Below are positions 11,997-23,284 of a stretch of 61,911 nucleotides of DNA, piece after piece. The position numbers were made by a program, and so were the translations under genes. The notes under the pieces were generated by a model that was not told the DNA's origin, did no database searches, and was given only the letters and a program-made list of their open reading frames with translations. The DNA is from Macrostomum lignano (taxonomy: Eukaryota): the NCBI GenBank assembly GCA_002269645.1, contig NIVC01004067.1, forward strand, positions 1 through 61,911, given 5' to 3'. Within the stretch, counting starts at the first letter, position 1, and each line of letters begins with the position of its first letter.

Positions 11997-14900
11997 CTAG
12001 TACAGTACTGGGTCGCCGTAGCGAGCAGGCGGATTGTTTCTCCTAGGCCGAAGCCTGCGTGGCGAAGCCGGAGATGCTGCAGCGTGAACCGGTTGGTCCT
12101 GCGGCGCTTGGATGTCTTGATGCACCGCCGCTGGCACATAGACAAACTGTGAGTCATCTCCATCCGAGTCGGGCTCCGACTCTTGCGGCTCTTCGCTCAC
12201 AACAACAACAGCACGTTGCCCCTTCCGTTTTCTGCGGCTTTGCTTCGGCGGTCTTGAAGCCTGCAGCTCAACGGGACGTTGAGGCACTTTGCGAAGGTTG
12301 TTATAGTGCACCACCCTGCTTTTCCTACTGTTCTGATGGAGAATTCTGAAGTTAATGTCTGACAGCTTTTCTACCACCTCGGCTGGGCCCTTCCAATAAT
12401 TGTGAAATTTTGCCGCTTCGTTCGGCTGCAGGGCCGGCGAATATTCGAGTACCGAATCTCCTACTTCTATCGTCGGACCTCTCTAACCCTTGAGTCGTAT
12501 ATGATTTTCTGTTTTCGCTGGTAATGTTGCAGATTCTGCCTTACATGTGAATGTGCCTCCGCGAGCCTGTGCCCCAGAGACAACAGGTACTCCGGTGCAT
12601 CAGCCGGTACTGCTTCCGGCAGGTTCCCAATATCGACTGGAAGGCGCATTTCTTTTGCGTACAACATGTAGTACGGAGTGTACCCAGTGCCACGATGGAC
12701 ACTACTGCGGTAGGCGAGAAGTGATGGAGCGATCAGCTCCTCCCAATCACTCTCAGCCTCACTCTGCCGGCATTTTATCATATTTTTTAGCGTTTTGTTA
12801 AAGCTTTCTGCCTGGCCATCGGCCATGGGATGATAGGCCGTTGTTCGGCATTTTTTAACAGCCATCAGCTGACACAGCTGCTTTACCAGCAATGACTCAA
12901 AGTTGGTGCCTTTGTCCGTCACAAGGAACTCGGGGCAACCAAACTGCGCTATCCAATTGTCGAAGATGGCCTTTGCCACCGTGCTCGCACGCTGATTTGA
13001 AAGTGCCACCGCAACTGGCCACTTAGTGAACGAGTCCTGGATGGTCAAAATGAATCTGGACCCATTCCTAGATCGCGGCAATGGCCCGACGATGTCGCAC
13101 ATTATTCGCTGAAACGGAGCTTCTGACAGAATCGGGTGCAGCGGAGCTCGATTGGCCTGGCCTGGTTTTGACCGGGCACAATGCACACAGCTCTTGCAGT
13201 ACTCCTCGATCTTTCTTGAAATTCCAGGCCACCAAAATCTAGCCTTCACCTTCTCCTGGGTCTTTTTTATCCCTAGGTGACCACCTGTGACTCCGTCATG
13301 CAACTCACTGAAGACCTTCTGAAACAAGCTCGGCGGCAAGATAATTTTCGGAACCTCAGACCCAGGACCTTGAAAAACCAGAACCTGCGCATCAAGCCTG
13401 ATCAGCTGACGCTGAGACCACAGACACCTCTCCTCCCAGCACATCACCTGCGGTGGAGTTGACGCGTCGACATGATCTGTCAAGAAATTATTGATGATCT
13501 TCAGCTTTGGCTCTGCTTCTTGAGCTGACTGTATATCTTCCTTCTGTAGCACACTCCGAAATATCGCATTGACACCATTGCTGCGCTGAGCCGGTGCGCA
13601 ACTAGGACAAGTCTCATGCCCTGTGGGCCTTCGGTATTTCCGAGACAAAGAGTCTGCGTTGCCGTGATGTTTCCCGGCCCGGTGTTCTATAACAAAGTCA
13701 TAGTTCTGCAGTGTTTCCAGCCATCGAGCACATTGACCCTCAACATCACGGATGCTGGCGAGCCACTGCAGGGCTTTGTGATCAGATCTCACAGTGAATT
13801 TTTTCCCGAGTAGATAGTACCGGTACTTTTTGATAAAGTGCACAATTGCCAACAGCTCGAAACGGGTGGTGCAGTAGTTTTTCTCGCTTGCCTGGATCAT
13901 TCGAGATCCATAGGCTATCACCTTCTCAGACCCGTCCGACTGGCGCTGTGACAGCACCGCACCAAGCCCAATTCGAGAGCTGGCATCCGTGTCAAGAATA
14001 AACTCACCAGCGTTTGGCGAGAAGTCTGGAAAAGCCATAACGCTTGGCGAACACAGAGCCGCTTTCAGACTGTTGAACGACTGCTCTTGGGCTGGGCCCC
14101 ATTTGAACTCGGCATCGTTCGCTACAAGTCTGTAGAGCGGAGCGGCAATCTCGGAAAAATTTGGAATGAAAGCTTTGTAGTAGACGCACAGTCCGAGAAA
14201 CGATTGGACTTTGGCCACACTGCAAGGCCTGGGCCAGTCCTGGATTTCGGCACACTTTTCTGGGTTCGTCGCTATTTCATCCTTGGAGATCACGTGACCT
14301 AAGAAGCTAATCTTTTCGGCCAGAAAGACACATTTTGCTGGCTTCAGCTTGATGTTAGCTCTTCTAAGACATTGAAACACATGCTCAAGGCGTTCGAAGT
14401 GCTGCTGCACAGTCGTGGAGAAGACAACTATGTCGTCGAAGTAGACGAGGCATTCCTTCCAGTTGACTTCTGACAGTGCCATGGACATGAGTCTCGTAAA
14501 GGTTGACGGGGCGTTTTTGAGCCCGAAACTCATGCACTTCCACGCAAACTGTCCCCGATTCGGCACCACGAAAGCGGTCTTTAACTGGTCTTTCGACTCC
14601 AGTGGGCACTGATGGTACCCGGATGCCAGGTCCATCGTGGAAAAGATGCAGTTTCCCCCGAGCGCATCAAGAGTCTCATCCATTCTGGGCGGAGGCAGAG
14701 GATCAGGCACGGTCACGCTGTTCAGGCGCCTGTAATCCAGACACATTCTGAGACTGCCATCCGACTTTCTAACCGGAACCACTGGGCTCGACCAGGGTGA
14801 CTGACAGGGATAGATGCGGCCTTCAGCCAGCAGTTGATCAACCTGTTTATCAACCTCACTTCTCCAGTGCGGCGGGATTCTGCGCAAGGGTTCAGTCACG

Positions 14901-15890
14901 GGCTTCGCGTTACCCGTGTCGATTTCGTGTGCCATCAGATTCGTGAGCCCGAGTTCAGAGCTGTCTTTGGCAAAGACGTCACGATTTTTGGCAACCAGGG
15001 AAACAAACTCTCTTGCCTCTGCGTCTGATAGGCCGCAGGCACCCCACTCTTTGACTTCGCTGAGGGGACTCCACAGCTCTCCTTCTGACTGGACGGCATT
15101 CAGCTGCAGCTCCGCTGGCTGCTGCGCAGAGACCGGCGAAAACCAGCCAACTCGAGTGCCCCGCCTCATCGACAAACTGCACTCCGACGTGTTCAGAATC
15201 CTGACAGACAACTGACCCTCTTGATCAGGCAACTGCACCGATCTGGCCAGAAAATGATCACCTGCTGCCCGACGCTCGGACTCCACCATTCCAGGAAACT
15301 GAAATCCCCTCACCCCGCGTCTCTGAAGGCGGACTGGGACCAGCTTCTCCTCACCGGCATCCATCCGGACAGCCTGGCGCAGCACGATGCGGCACACAAG
15401 AGGTCTGTCAGCACACAAACTGAAAGGAAAGACACACGATTCTGTCTGCAGGCAGTGTCTAGCGAAATCAATTATCATGCAATGTCTAATGAAAAAATCG
15501 GTTCCTAAAATGCATGGCTGTGAAATTTCATCGACAACTAAAAATTCGTGCTCGAATTTCGTCTCACCAATCGAAAAAGTCAGATTAATTCGGCCTAAAA
15601 TTTGAATAGGCTCACCACTCGCTGTGTAAATTGAAAAATCAGTACTACAATTCTGAATTTTGTTCTTAATTTTGCGGATTCTAAGAAACGACTACTAAGT
15701 AATGACACTGTGGACCCGCTGTCCAGCAAACAAGCAACCAAGGGCCCAGATTCAAACTTTGCGTCAATATAACCCAGTCCAGTTCCACCCAGCACACTCT
15801 GGATCTGGGTTGTGGGCCCTGGCGCTTCTTCAATCACTGCAGACGGGGCCCGGGACGCTGGCCTGGCCGGGCCCCCATCCCGTTTCCCTG
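11997..15890 (-). CDS. pol: Gypsy Pol (protease, RT, RNase H, integrase with GPY/F tail); two small frameshifts near 15677 and 12482
   Basis: LLDSGSTVS protease continues in another frame as ..CILGTDFF; RT YFDD; RNase H ILDTDAS; integrase HHCC, DIVGP, TDKGTNF, AESFN; WKGPAEVVEKLSDINFRI lies after a further frameshift. Confidence 0.93.
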
Positions 15891-16793
15891 ACTCTGAGTA
15901 GCCTGCTGACTCTGGCACCTGGAACGAGTGTGGCCCTGCTGGCCGCAGGCAAGGCAAACTACTCGATTCCTACAGTCCGCCGTTGAGTGCCCCATCTGAA
16001 GACACCTCCTACAGGTTCTGCCCGCCTGAGGCGCGGCTGCCGGCTGCTGCGGATTCGGCTGCACCGCCGAGGCCGACGCCCCTCCTTGCTTCAGCTGCGC
16101 GATCTCTGCCTTCAAGCTGTCGATCTCCGCAGCCATGCGAGCTGTCTGACTGTCCGCTGCAGCAGCTGCCGCCTGACTGTTCACCACGTAAACTGATCGC
16201 TTTCCCTCCAGCAGCTTCATCGATGCGAGAGTCTGGCGCACTCGCTGGATCGCGGCCTGCAGCGTGTCAGGGTCTTGCAGCAAGACATTCTCAAGCACCC
16301 TGTCCGGAACTCGAATCCCCTTTAAGAATCGGTCTTTTGCTAGCTCATCCCTTTGCTCCCCTGGCAGAGCCGGATATGCCTTACGCATGAGCTCCCTGAG
16401 AGCGTCAGCGTAATCCTCTAGTGCTTCCCCCTCTCTCTGACTCCTGTTTTGAAATTCTGTCTTGTAGTCCTGGGGTGTGCGATTCTGACTGAAGCGAGCC
16501 TCCAGCTGCTCCACAAACTCTACGTAGTCCAAGTCATCATCCAGCTCGAGATTGGCCACTGCTTTAAAAGCCGTGCCAAAGTCCAACAGACTCAGCAAAT
16601 TCTGCTTCCGCTGATCCTCAGGGATCTGAGCAGCCTCGCAGTACGTGGAGAACTGTTGCAACCACAAAGCAAAATCTTGAGTCGGCACATACTTATTAGG
16701 ACGTGGAACGCGCTGGCCCACGTTTAACTGCTCCTGGATTCTCGCTGTCAAAGCACCGATAAGATCGTCTAAATTGGCCATGATCGCTTGCAC
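15834..16793 (-). CDS. gag: Gypsy Gag, intact ORF (319 aa from a non-ATG start; first ATG at 16781), two CCHC knuckles
   Basis: Capsid pattern FALWLQQFSTYCEAA; CRRCLQMGHSTADC and CLACGQQGHTRSRC. Confidence 0.93.
   Translation of the reverse strand: MQAIMANLDDLIGALTARIQEQLNVGQRVPRPNKYVPTQDFALWLQQFSTYCEAAQIPEDQRKQNLLSLLDFGTAFKAVANLELDDDLDYVEFVEQLEARFSQNRTPQDYKTEFQNRSQREGEALEDYADALRELMRKAYPALPGEQRDELAKDRFLKGIRVPDRVLENVLLQDPDTLQAAIQRVRQTLASMKLLEGKRSVYVVNSQAAAAAADSQTARMAAEIDSLKAEIAQLKQGGASASAVQPNPQQPAAAPQAGRTCRRCLQMGHSTADCRNRVVCLACGQQGHTRSRCQSQQATQSQGNGMGARPGQRPGPRLQ
15845..15888 (-). promoter_or_regulatory. Programmed -1 ribosomal frameshift signal (G GGA AAC + 9-bp GC stem)
   Basis: The heptamer at 15888-15882 is in the gag frame and its -1 frame is the protease frame. 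GGGGCCCGG/CCGGGCCCC hairpin starts 6 nt downstream. Confidence 0.8.
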
Positions 16794-16896
16794 AAAACTA
16801 ATTCTAACGCAAAACTAACTCCAACGCACTAAATCACAAATTCAATAATGCACTACCCCAGACAACAGACAGAAATCTAACGGGAACCCTAACTGG

Positions 16897-16915
16897 AATC
16901 CTGGTCACGGCACCA
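16897..16915 (-). promoter_or_regulatory. Primer-binding site, tRNA-His type (TGGTGCCGTGACCAGGATT)
   Basis: Begins with TGG 2 nt inside the 5' LTR; complementary to a tRNA-His-like 3' end (...GTCACGGCACCA). Confidence 0.8.
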
Positions 16916-16917
16916 GT

Positions 16918-17359
16918 TGTTGTGAGCCCCGTCCTCCAGAGCAACGCCTACAGCTTTAACCTGTCGGGAAGCTGCGACCCCCAGGTCCCCAGTCAGAGCT
17001 CCCGTCCCGCGCCCTAGGGAGAAGCAGAAAAAGGACAGTAACTCGCGAACACGAACTTACACACCGTAGCCGATGCAGTTCGCCGTGCACTTTTTATGGT
17101 AGATCGACGATTCGTTAATAGCCAACGGAGGCGGACCAACGCGCGCAAGGGAGGAGTCTGCCCTCCAGACAGCGACTATATATTTTTCATTGGTCCTACG
17201 CGTACATGAATATAACTTAAGAACAAATGTACGGTACAGCAGGGGAGGTGGGGCGGGGTGGCGTGATCGGCGTACGCATTGATTATTGATTGGAGGGGTG
17301 GGGCAGACTGGAGGGTTGGGGCGGGGCAGGAGGGCGAGAAAGGGCACGATTGCACAACA
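16918..17359 (-). repeat. 5' LTR of Gypsy element
   Basis: Second LTR copy, adjacent to the PBS. Confidence 0.97.
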
Positions 17360-17483
17360 CGATAAAGAGCGTAGGTCTCAATATTGGTTGCTAGGGATGC
17401 TAAGATGAGTCAATCCTGATTGCTATGGCTTCTAAGGTAAAAAGCTGGAGTGTCGATATTGGTGACGCCAAAACAAATTGAGT

Positions 17484-18132
17484 GCGATTCTTAGGACTAT
17501 TTGAGGCCGATTCTTAGGACTATTTTAAGGCGATTCTTAGGACTATTTTAAGGCGATTCTTAGGACTATTTTAAGGCGATTCTTAGGACTATTTGAGGGC
17601 GATTCTTAAAACTATTTGAAGGCGATTCTTAGGACTATTTGAGGCCGATTCCTAGGACCATTTGAGGGCGATTCTTAGGACCATTTGAGGGCGATTCTTA
17701 GGACCATTTGAGGGCGATTCTTAGGACCATTTGAGGCCGATTCTTAGGACCATTTGAGGCCGACTCATAGGACCATTTGAGGGCGATTCTTAGGACCATT
17801 TGAGGACGATTCTTAGGACCATTTGAGGGCGATTCTTAGGACCATTTGAGGCCGATTCTTAGGACCATTTGAGGCCGACTCATAGGACCATTTGAGGGCG
17901 ATTCTTAGGACCATTTGAGGGCGATTCTTAGGACCATTTAAGGGCGATTCTTAGGACGATTAGAAGGCGATTCTTAGGACGATTTGAGGGAGCTTCTCAG
18001 GACGATTAGAAGGCGATTCTTAGGACGATTTGAGGGAGCTTCTCAGGACGATTAGAAGGCGATTCTTAGGAAGATTTAGGGGCGATTCTTAGGACGATTT
18101 GGGGCGATTCTTAGGACGATTAGAAGGCGATT
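17484..18132. repeat. ~23-bp tandem minisatellite (GATTCTTAGGACCATTTGAGGGC and variants)
   Basis: Read directly; the unit sequence drifts along the array. Confidence 0.95.
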
Positions 18133-18479
18133 TTTGCGTTTTTTATTCTGCTTTTAGCCTCCATTACTCGTAATCACAATTTCTAGTTTTTCTCGCTTCA
18201 TTAGCCAATTGCTTACATTAGCGAATATAATCGTCTGCAATTGCTGTGTCTCCTGCTTTCTTCCTCCAGCCGTTCTGCTAACTGTACACTGAGTAGTAGG
18301 AATTGACGTCTCAATTCTCTTTCGTCATCCGCTTGTACGCTCATTGTTGCCAAGCAGTTGTAAATAAACAAAACTTAGTCACCCACCTCCAAACTCGAGT
18401 TATCAAAGCGCAGCCTCCGGGGATGCCAACACACGGGGCAAAACTGTAGAATCTCAAACAACTGCTGTCTCACGGCACA

Positions 18480-19413
18480 ATGCATTCTCTGCTAATCATC
18501 TGCGCTGTCATGACAACTGCTGTGGCCGCAGACTCCGGCTGGGAGATCCACAGAGGCGACCTCGCCGAGTACCGGGTGCTGGCGGTGAAGCTGGCCATCA
18601 GCGACATTCACTGTACAATGGTTGCTGAGAACGCGGATGCCGTCCGCTTTGACGCGGCCTCGGGCTCCTGCTCGCTGCTGGCCTGCGATCGGGGAGCGAT
18701 GGACGCCTGCAGGAAGTGCCGCCACGCCAGCGACTCCAGCCTGCCTCAGCTGTGGGTGAGTGAGCTGGGCTTTGCTTTGCGGCTTCTGCACTTTTTACAA
18801 CCGCTTCAATATGCGTGCACGAAATCGCCCATTGCAGATGAGGAAGCCGGTGAAGTGCTGGACGACCTTCCAGCACAGAGTCGACGGCTCCGTCAGCTTC
18901 AACCAGAACTGGGCGGACTACGCGAGCGGATTCGGTCAGGGCGAGAGTCTCAACTACTGGATGGGACTGGAGCAGCTCCACCAGCTCACCGCCACTGGAG
19001 TGTGTAGAGTTCGCTGGGAGTTCAGCGACTGGAACGGCACCTGGTACTGGGCTGAGAATGCTCCGTTCTCTGTTGGCCCAACGAGCGACAAGTACAGGTG
19101 TTCGATGGGACCTCTGGACGCGAGCAGGTCGAGTGTCGGACAGCTTCCTGATACGAACTACTCTCCAAAAAACTGGCAGTTCAGCACTCCAGACTTCGAC
19201 AATGACAACTGGAGTGGAGACAGCTGCGCACAACACCGGTCCGCTGGGTGGTGGTACGGCGTGTGCGCATTCATGGAGCCGAACGGAGTCTACCAGGAGT
19301 ATCCCAATATTAACACACAGGGAATCTATTACTTTCTTCATGCATCTGGATCTGCTAGCGCACTTGTTTTGTCGTACTCGATGAAGAAGTTTGAGTGCCT
19401 GATTTTCAACTGA
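18480..19413 (+). CDS. Secreted PAN/apple-like + fibrinogen C-terminal domain (FReD) protein; exons 18480-18755 and 18838-19413; about 283 aa
   Basis: Signal peptide MHSLLIICAVMTTAVAA; phase-0 intron TGG|GTGAGT...TTGCAG|ATG (82 nt); FReD motifs FQHRVDGSVSFNQNWADYASGFG, YWMGLEQLH, FSTPDFDNDN, GWWY..C. Confidence 0.85.
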
Positions 19414-20147
19414 GCTGTTTTACGCCGAAAATGGTGATGTTCCGGAGTACGACACTCACTCTGGGAGATTTCTGCAGTATAAATTTTACTGATTTAGAGC
19501 TAATATCAGACTGTTTAGCTCTGTCTTGCTTAAATCTTGCTTATTTATCAGTTCTGAGCCTGTAGGGATTACTCAAAATATTACAATCTAACCTCATGAA
19601 GATTTTGAAGTGTTTGGTATTATTTTTTTCCGCAGCTCAGCTGCTGCATTCGCTGATTTATCGCATCCTGATCCCCATAGTTCTCAAGTCTAATTTTATC
19701 CAGCCACAAATTTTTAGTGCACGCTCCACCAGCCTAAGGTTTAGGTTGGTGGTGCAGCATGCCTGCATGAAATGGCCGTTTTCTCCTACTTACTCAATAT
19801 TTATAACGCCTCTCTATGTTTTATATACTACTGTAAACTGTTTGTTGCGATGCTTAATTGCATGTTTTTCTTCTAGAATAAGTAGTTGGTACATTAATTG
19901 GACTATATATTTTCAGTTCTACTAAACTTCTCACTATTTAGAAGCCCGCTCATATTGCCATTTTCTTGCAATGACCCGTTTGGAAATTGTCCAATCATCG
20001 CTTTCTGAATCAGGACTGACCGACCCCACACTAGAAGAATTGGGAGATTTTTTGTTATTTTGTTGCGCTGATTGAACCACTGATAAACGAATTTAATCGC
20101 CATGTCAATTTTTGTAGCTCTTTGTTTTTTGAGTGTTTGCCTTATCT

Positions 20148-21018
20148 GTACTCAGGTAGGCTACACTCAGGTAGGCTACACTCAGGTAGGCTACACTCAG
20201 GTAGGCTACACTCAGGTAGGCTACACTCAGGTAGGCTACACTCAGGTAGGCTACACTCAGGTAGGCTACACTCAGGTAGGCTACACTCAGGTAGGCTACA
20301 CTCAGGTAGGCTACACTCAGGTAGGCTACACTCAGGTAGGCTACACTCAGGTAGGCTACACTCAGGTAGGCTACACTCAGGTAGGCTACACTCAGGTAGG
20401 CTACACTCAGGTAGGCTACACTCAGTAGGCTACACTCAGGTAGGCTACACTCAGGTAGGCTACACTCAGGTAGGCTACACTCAAGTAGGCTACACTCAGG
20501 TAGGCTACACTCAGGTAGGCTACACTCAGGTAGGCTACACTCAGGTAGGCTACACTCAGGTAGGCTACACTCAGGTAGGCTACACTCAGGTAGGCTACAC
20601 TCAGGTAGGCTACACTCAGGTAGGCTACACTCAGGTAGGCTACACTCAGGTAGGCTACACTCAGGTAGGCTATACTCAGGTAGGCTACACTCAGGTAGGC
20701 TACACTCAGGTAGGCTATACTCAGGTAGGCTGCACTCAGGTAGGCTACACTCAGGTAGGCTACACTCAGGTAGGCTACACTCAGGTAGGCTACACTCAGG
20801 TAGGCTATACTCAGGTAGGCTATACTCAGGTAGGCTATACTCAGGTAAGCTACACTCAGGTAGGCTACACTCAGGTAGGCTACACTCAGGTAAGCTACAC
20901 TCAGGTAGGCTACACTCAGGTAGGCTACACTCAGGTAGGCTACACTCAGGTAAGCTACACTCAGGTAGGCTACACTCAGGTAGGCTACACTCAGGTAGGC
21001 TGCACTCAGGTAGGCTGC
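20148..21018. repeat. 15-bp tandem repeat (TACACTCAGGTAGGC), about 58 copies
   Basis: Read directly from the sequence. Confidence 0.98.
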
Positions 21019-21588
21019 AGCCCTAAAGATGGTAACAAGCTTTTAAGACAGAAATTTTGTACCAAGCTTCATAAGTTTTAATCGGCAAAACGTTTATAAC
21101 TTTTAAAACGCCAGAATTTTACATCACGTTAATCTGATTATTGCAAAATTTTCGAATGCCTACAGAAAGTTTTCGCACATAATGTCGTGTCACTCTAACA
21201 ATATATTCACGTAAAAATTACTGTTCCTGTTCTTATTTTGCCTACTTATATATATTATATGTAGCTTTGCTCTCAAGAACAAATAAACAACTACATCCTT
21301 TTGACAATTGAATGCATGTCATTAGTTTCATTTGTCCAAATGCAACAATTTGCTGCAAACGAGTGAAACAAGCCGGTACCGTCTACTTGTCTGCAGAGTT
21401 TGCGTAGAACTGCGGTCGCCAAACTCCAGCCTCTCTATCCGGCCCTCGGGTCCTTTGAAACTTCACCATAGCAATCCGGCCCGCTCAAAGTCTGTGTCTC
21501 TTCTCAGTTCTATTTTCTCCTTTTCTCTTCTCTTCTCCCCTCACATCTCTCTCATCTTCTCTTTTCTTTCTTATTAGCCCTGAGGAAC

Positions 21589-21745
21589 TTTTTTTAGAGG
21601 CAGGGGGGTTGTGTGCACACTGGCGCACTTTAAGCGACATAGGCACACAACCGGCGGGAGGCATTACTGCCCATTCCGACGACTCCCCTGAGCAGGAACA
21701 CAAGCGCGCGGATACGTACGCAGGCACACACTCAGGCACAGGCAC
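21589..21745 (-). mobile_element. 5'-truncated SINE copy (family of 43120-43456) with A-tail
   Basis: Reverse-complement match to the 3' half of 43300-43456, ending CCCCCTGCCTCT-A(n). Confidence 0.75.
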
Positions 21746-22312
21746 AGACTCTGCTTGGGGCATGATCGGGAACTCTGGGCTCAATCTGGAGTATTTCTCA
21801 GCAGGGGATCCTTTGTGGCTGTGAGCGAGGCTGACTTGCGACTTTGATTACTAAGAGTAGTATGAGGCGAACATGTACTGTCTCTAGTTTAGATTGCTCA
21901 GGGCGAAGGGACGCGTCAGCATGGGGTTGCAACCTTCCTACTGCCATTCTGTGCCAAGACTCGCTAATCCCTCTACTGCACAAACACGCGGCCCCGCAGC
22001 ACGCACTCACAGGCGGGCTTTGCACGGGGAGAGGCCATTAGCTTACCCAACTTCCTTATGTTTTGCCACCCCGGGAGAAAGGCTTAGCAAGCCATGAGTG
22101 AAATGATGGTGAAAGAGTGAATAATGATGAGGTTAGTTAATAGTTAATAATTAGGCCCTTAGGCAAGTAATCAGGCAGTTAGGCGGCTTCACTATTGAGT
22201 AAAAATACAGCAAAAGGTACGGTATTACAACTGGCTCAGCTCTCTAATCAGACAATGGAAAAATAGGCAAACTCCGGATAAGCAAAGGCAATTAGAGCAC
22301 AAATCAGTAATA

Positions 22313-23284
22313 CTTCGGGTGTGTCATAAGTAATGTCACTGCAGGCCTCTGTCTAAAATATGTAGGCACATGGACTTGTGGGTAGCGTAGCTGCAAAGTA
22401 TACTTAGTGAAGCAATACCAGTGCATTTGAGACGTGCATAGGTTGTTTATGGCCCAAGCTATCGCAAGAATACGCCAAGCAGATTTAGCAAGTGCAACGC
22501 GATGAAAAATCGTCTATGCAGCGAACAAAAATCACCATGAATCTCGACAAGACGCCTGCATCAAGCAGATCCGCAAGGTGTTCAGCAGGCGGGGCTTGAA
22601 TGACATCCTAAACTGCCTGGTTGCTGAGGATGAAAGCTGGCTCCACCTGGATGGCAAGGGCAGCAAGGCAGACAATCGCTGCTGGCTGGGAGCTGGGGAC
22701 TCCAGGGCGACTGTGACCAGGAAGTCCATCTTGGACAAGAAGACCATGCTGCTGGTAGCCTTCACGCCAAACAAACGAGTCTCCATCTGCACAACTCCAC
22801 CGAACACCAAAGTCGATGGCCAGTATTTTATCGACTTTATACGGCACACTGGAGACCTCTGGCGCAATCTCCGGTCAAATCCATGTCACCTGGACGAGGT
22901 TCTGTGGCAGATGGACACCGCACGGCCGCACACCTGTAAGGCTTTTTCGAATTTTCTGCTTGCACGGCGAGTGAATATGCTCTGACAGTCCCAACAGCTC
23001 AGACTTCAACTTTTGCAAGAGATTCCTGTTCAAATGGCTGAAGGCTGATTTTTCCAAGAAGAGTTTCGCAAACCATGAAGAGGTCAAACAGGCCGCGTTG
23101 CACTGGTTACGGCAGTTGGAGGAAAAACACCTGCAGGCTGAGGTGGACAAGCTGTATGAGCACTGCCAGAGGGTGATTGATATTGGGGGACTCTATGAAT
23201 TGTTGAGTGATACAGTTTTTTTCATCTGCGATTGCAAGTTCGTCTGTTTTCACATCAGTGACATTACTTATGACACACCCGAAG
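22313..23284 (+). mobile_element. Internally deleted mariner/Tc1-family DNA transposon (972 bp)
   Basis: Perfect 29-bp TIRs CTTCGGGTGTGTCATAAGTAATGTCACTG (22313-22341 and 23256-23284), TA on both sides; transposase remnant with DESW and QMDTARPH motifs. Confidence 0.93.
22533..23210 (+). pseudogene. Mariner transposase catalytic-domain remnant; N-terminal DNA-binding region missing; stop and frameshift near 22985-23020
   Basis: LVAEDESWLH, KKTMLLVAF, WQMDTARPHT, degraded SPDxN region, FLFKWLK...HEEVKQAALHWL. Confidence 0.85.

Larger units (their letters stand above)
10321..17359 (-). mobile_element. Full-length Ty3/Gypsy LTR retrotransposon (7,039 bp), recent insertion
   Basis: Two 442-bp LTRs with TGTTGTG...CACAACA ends; 4-bp TSD CGAT (10317-10320 and 17360-17363); PBS, PPT, gag and pol. 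Confidence 0.97.

Noticed and set aside
20102-21081. ORFs (GYTQV)n and (GRLHS)n
   Set aside because: By-products of a 15-bp repeat with no stop in those frames; no splice or domain context.
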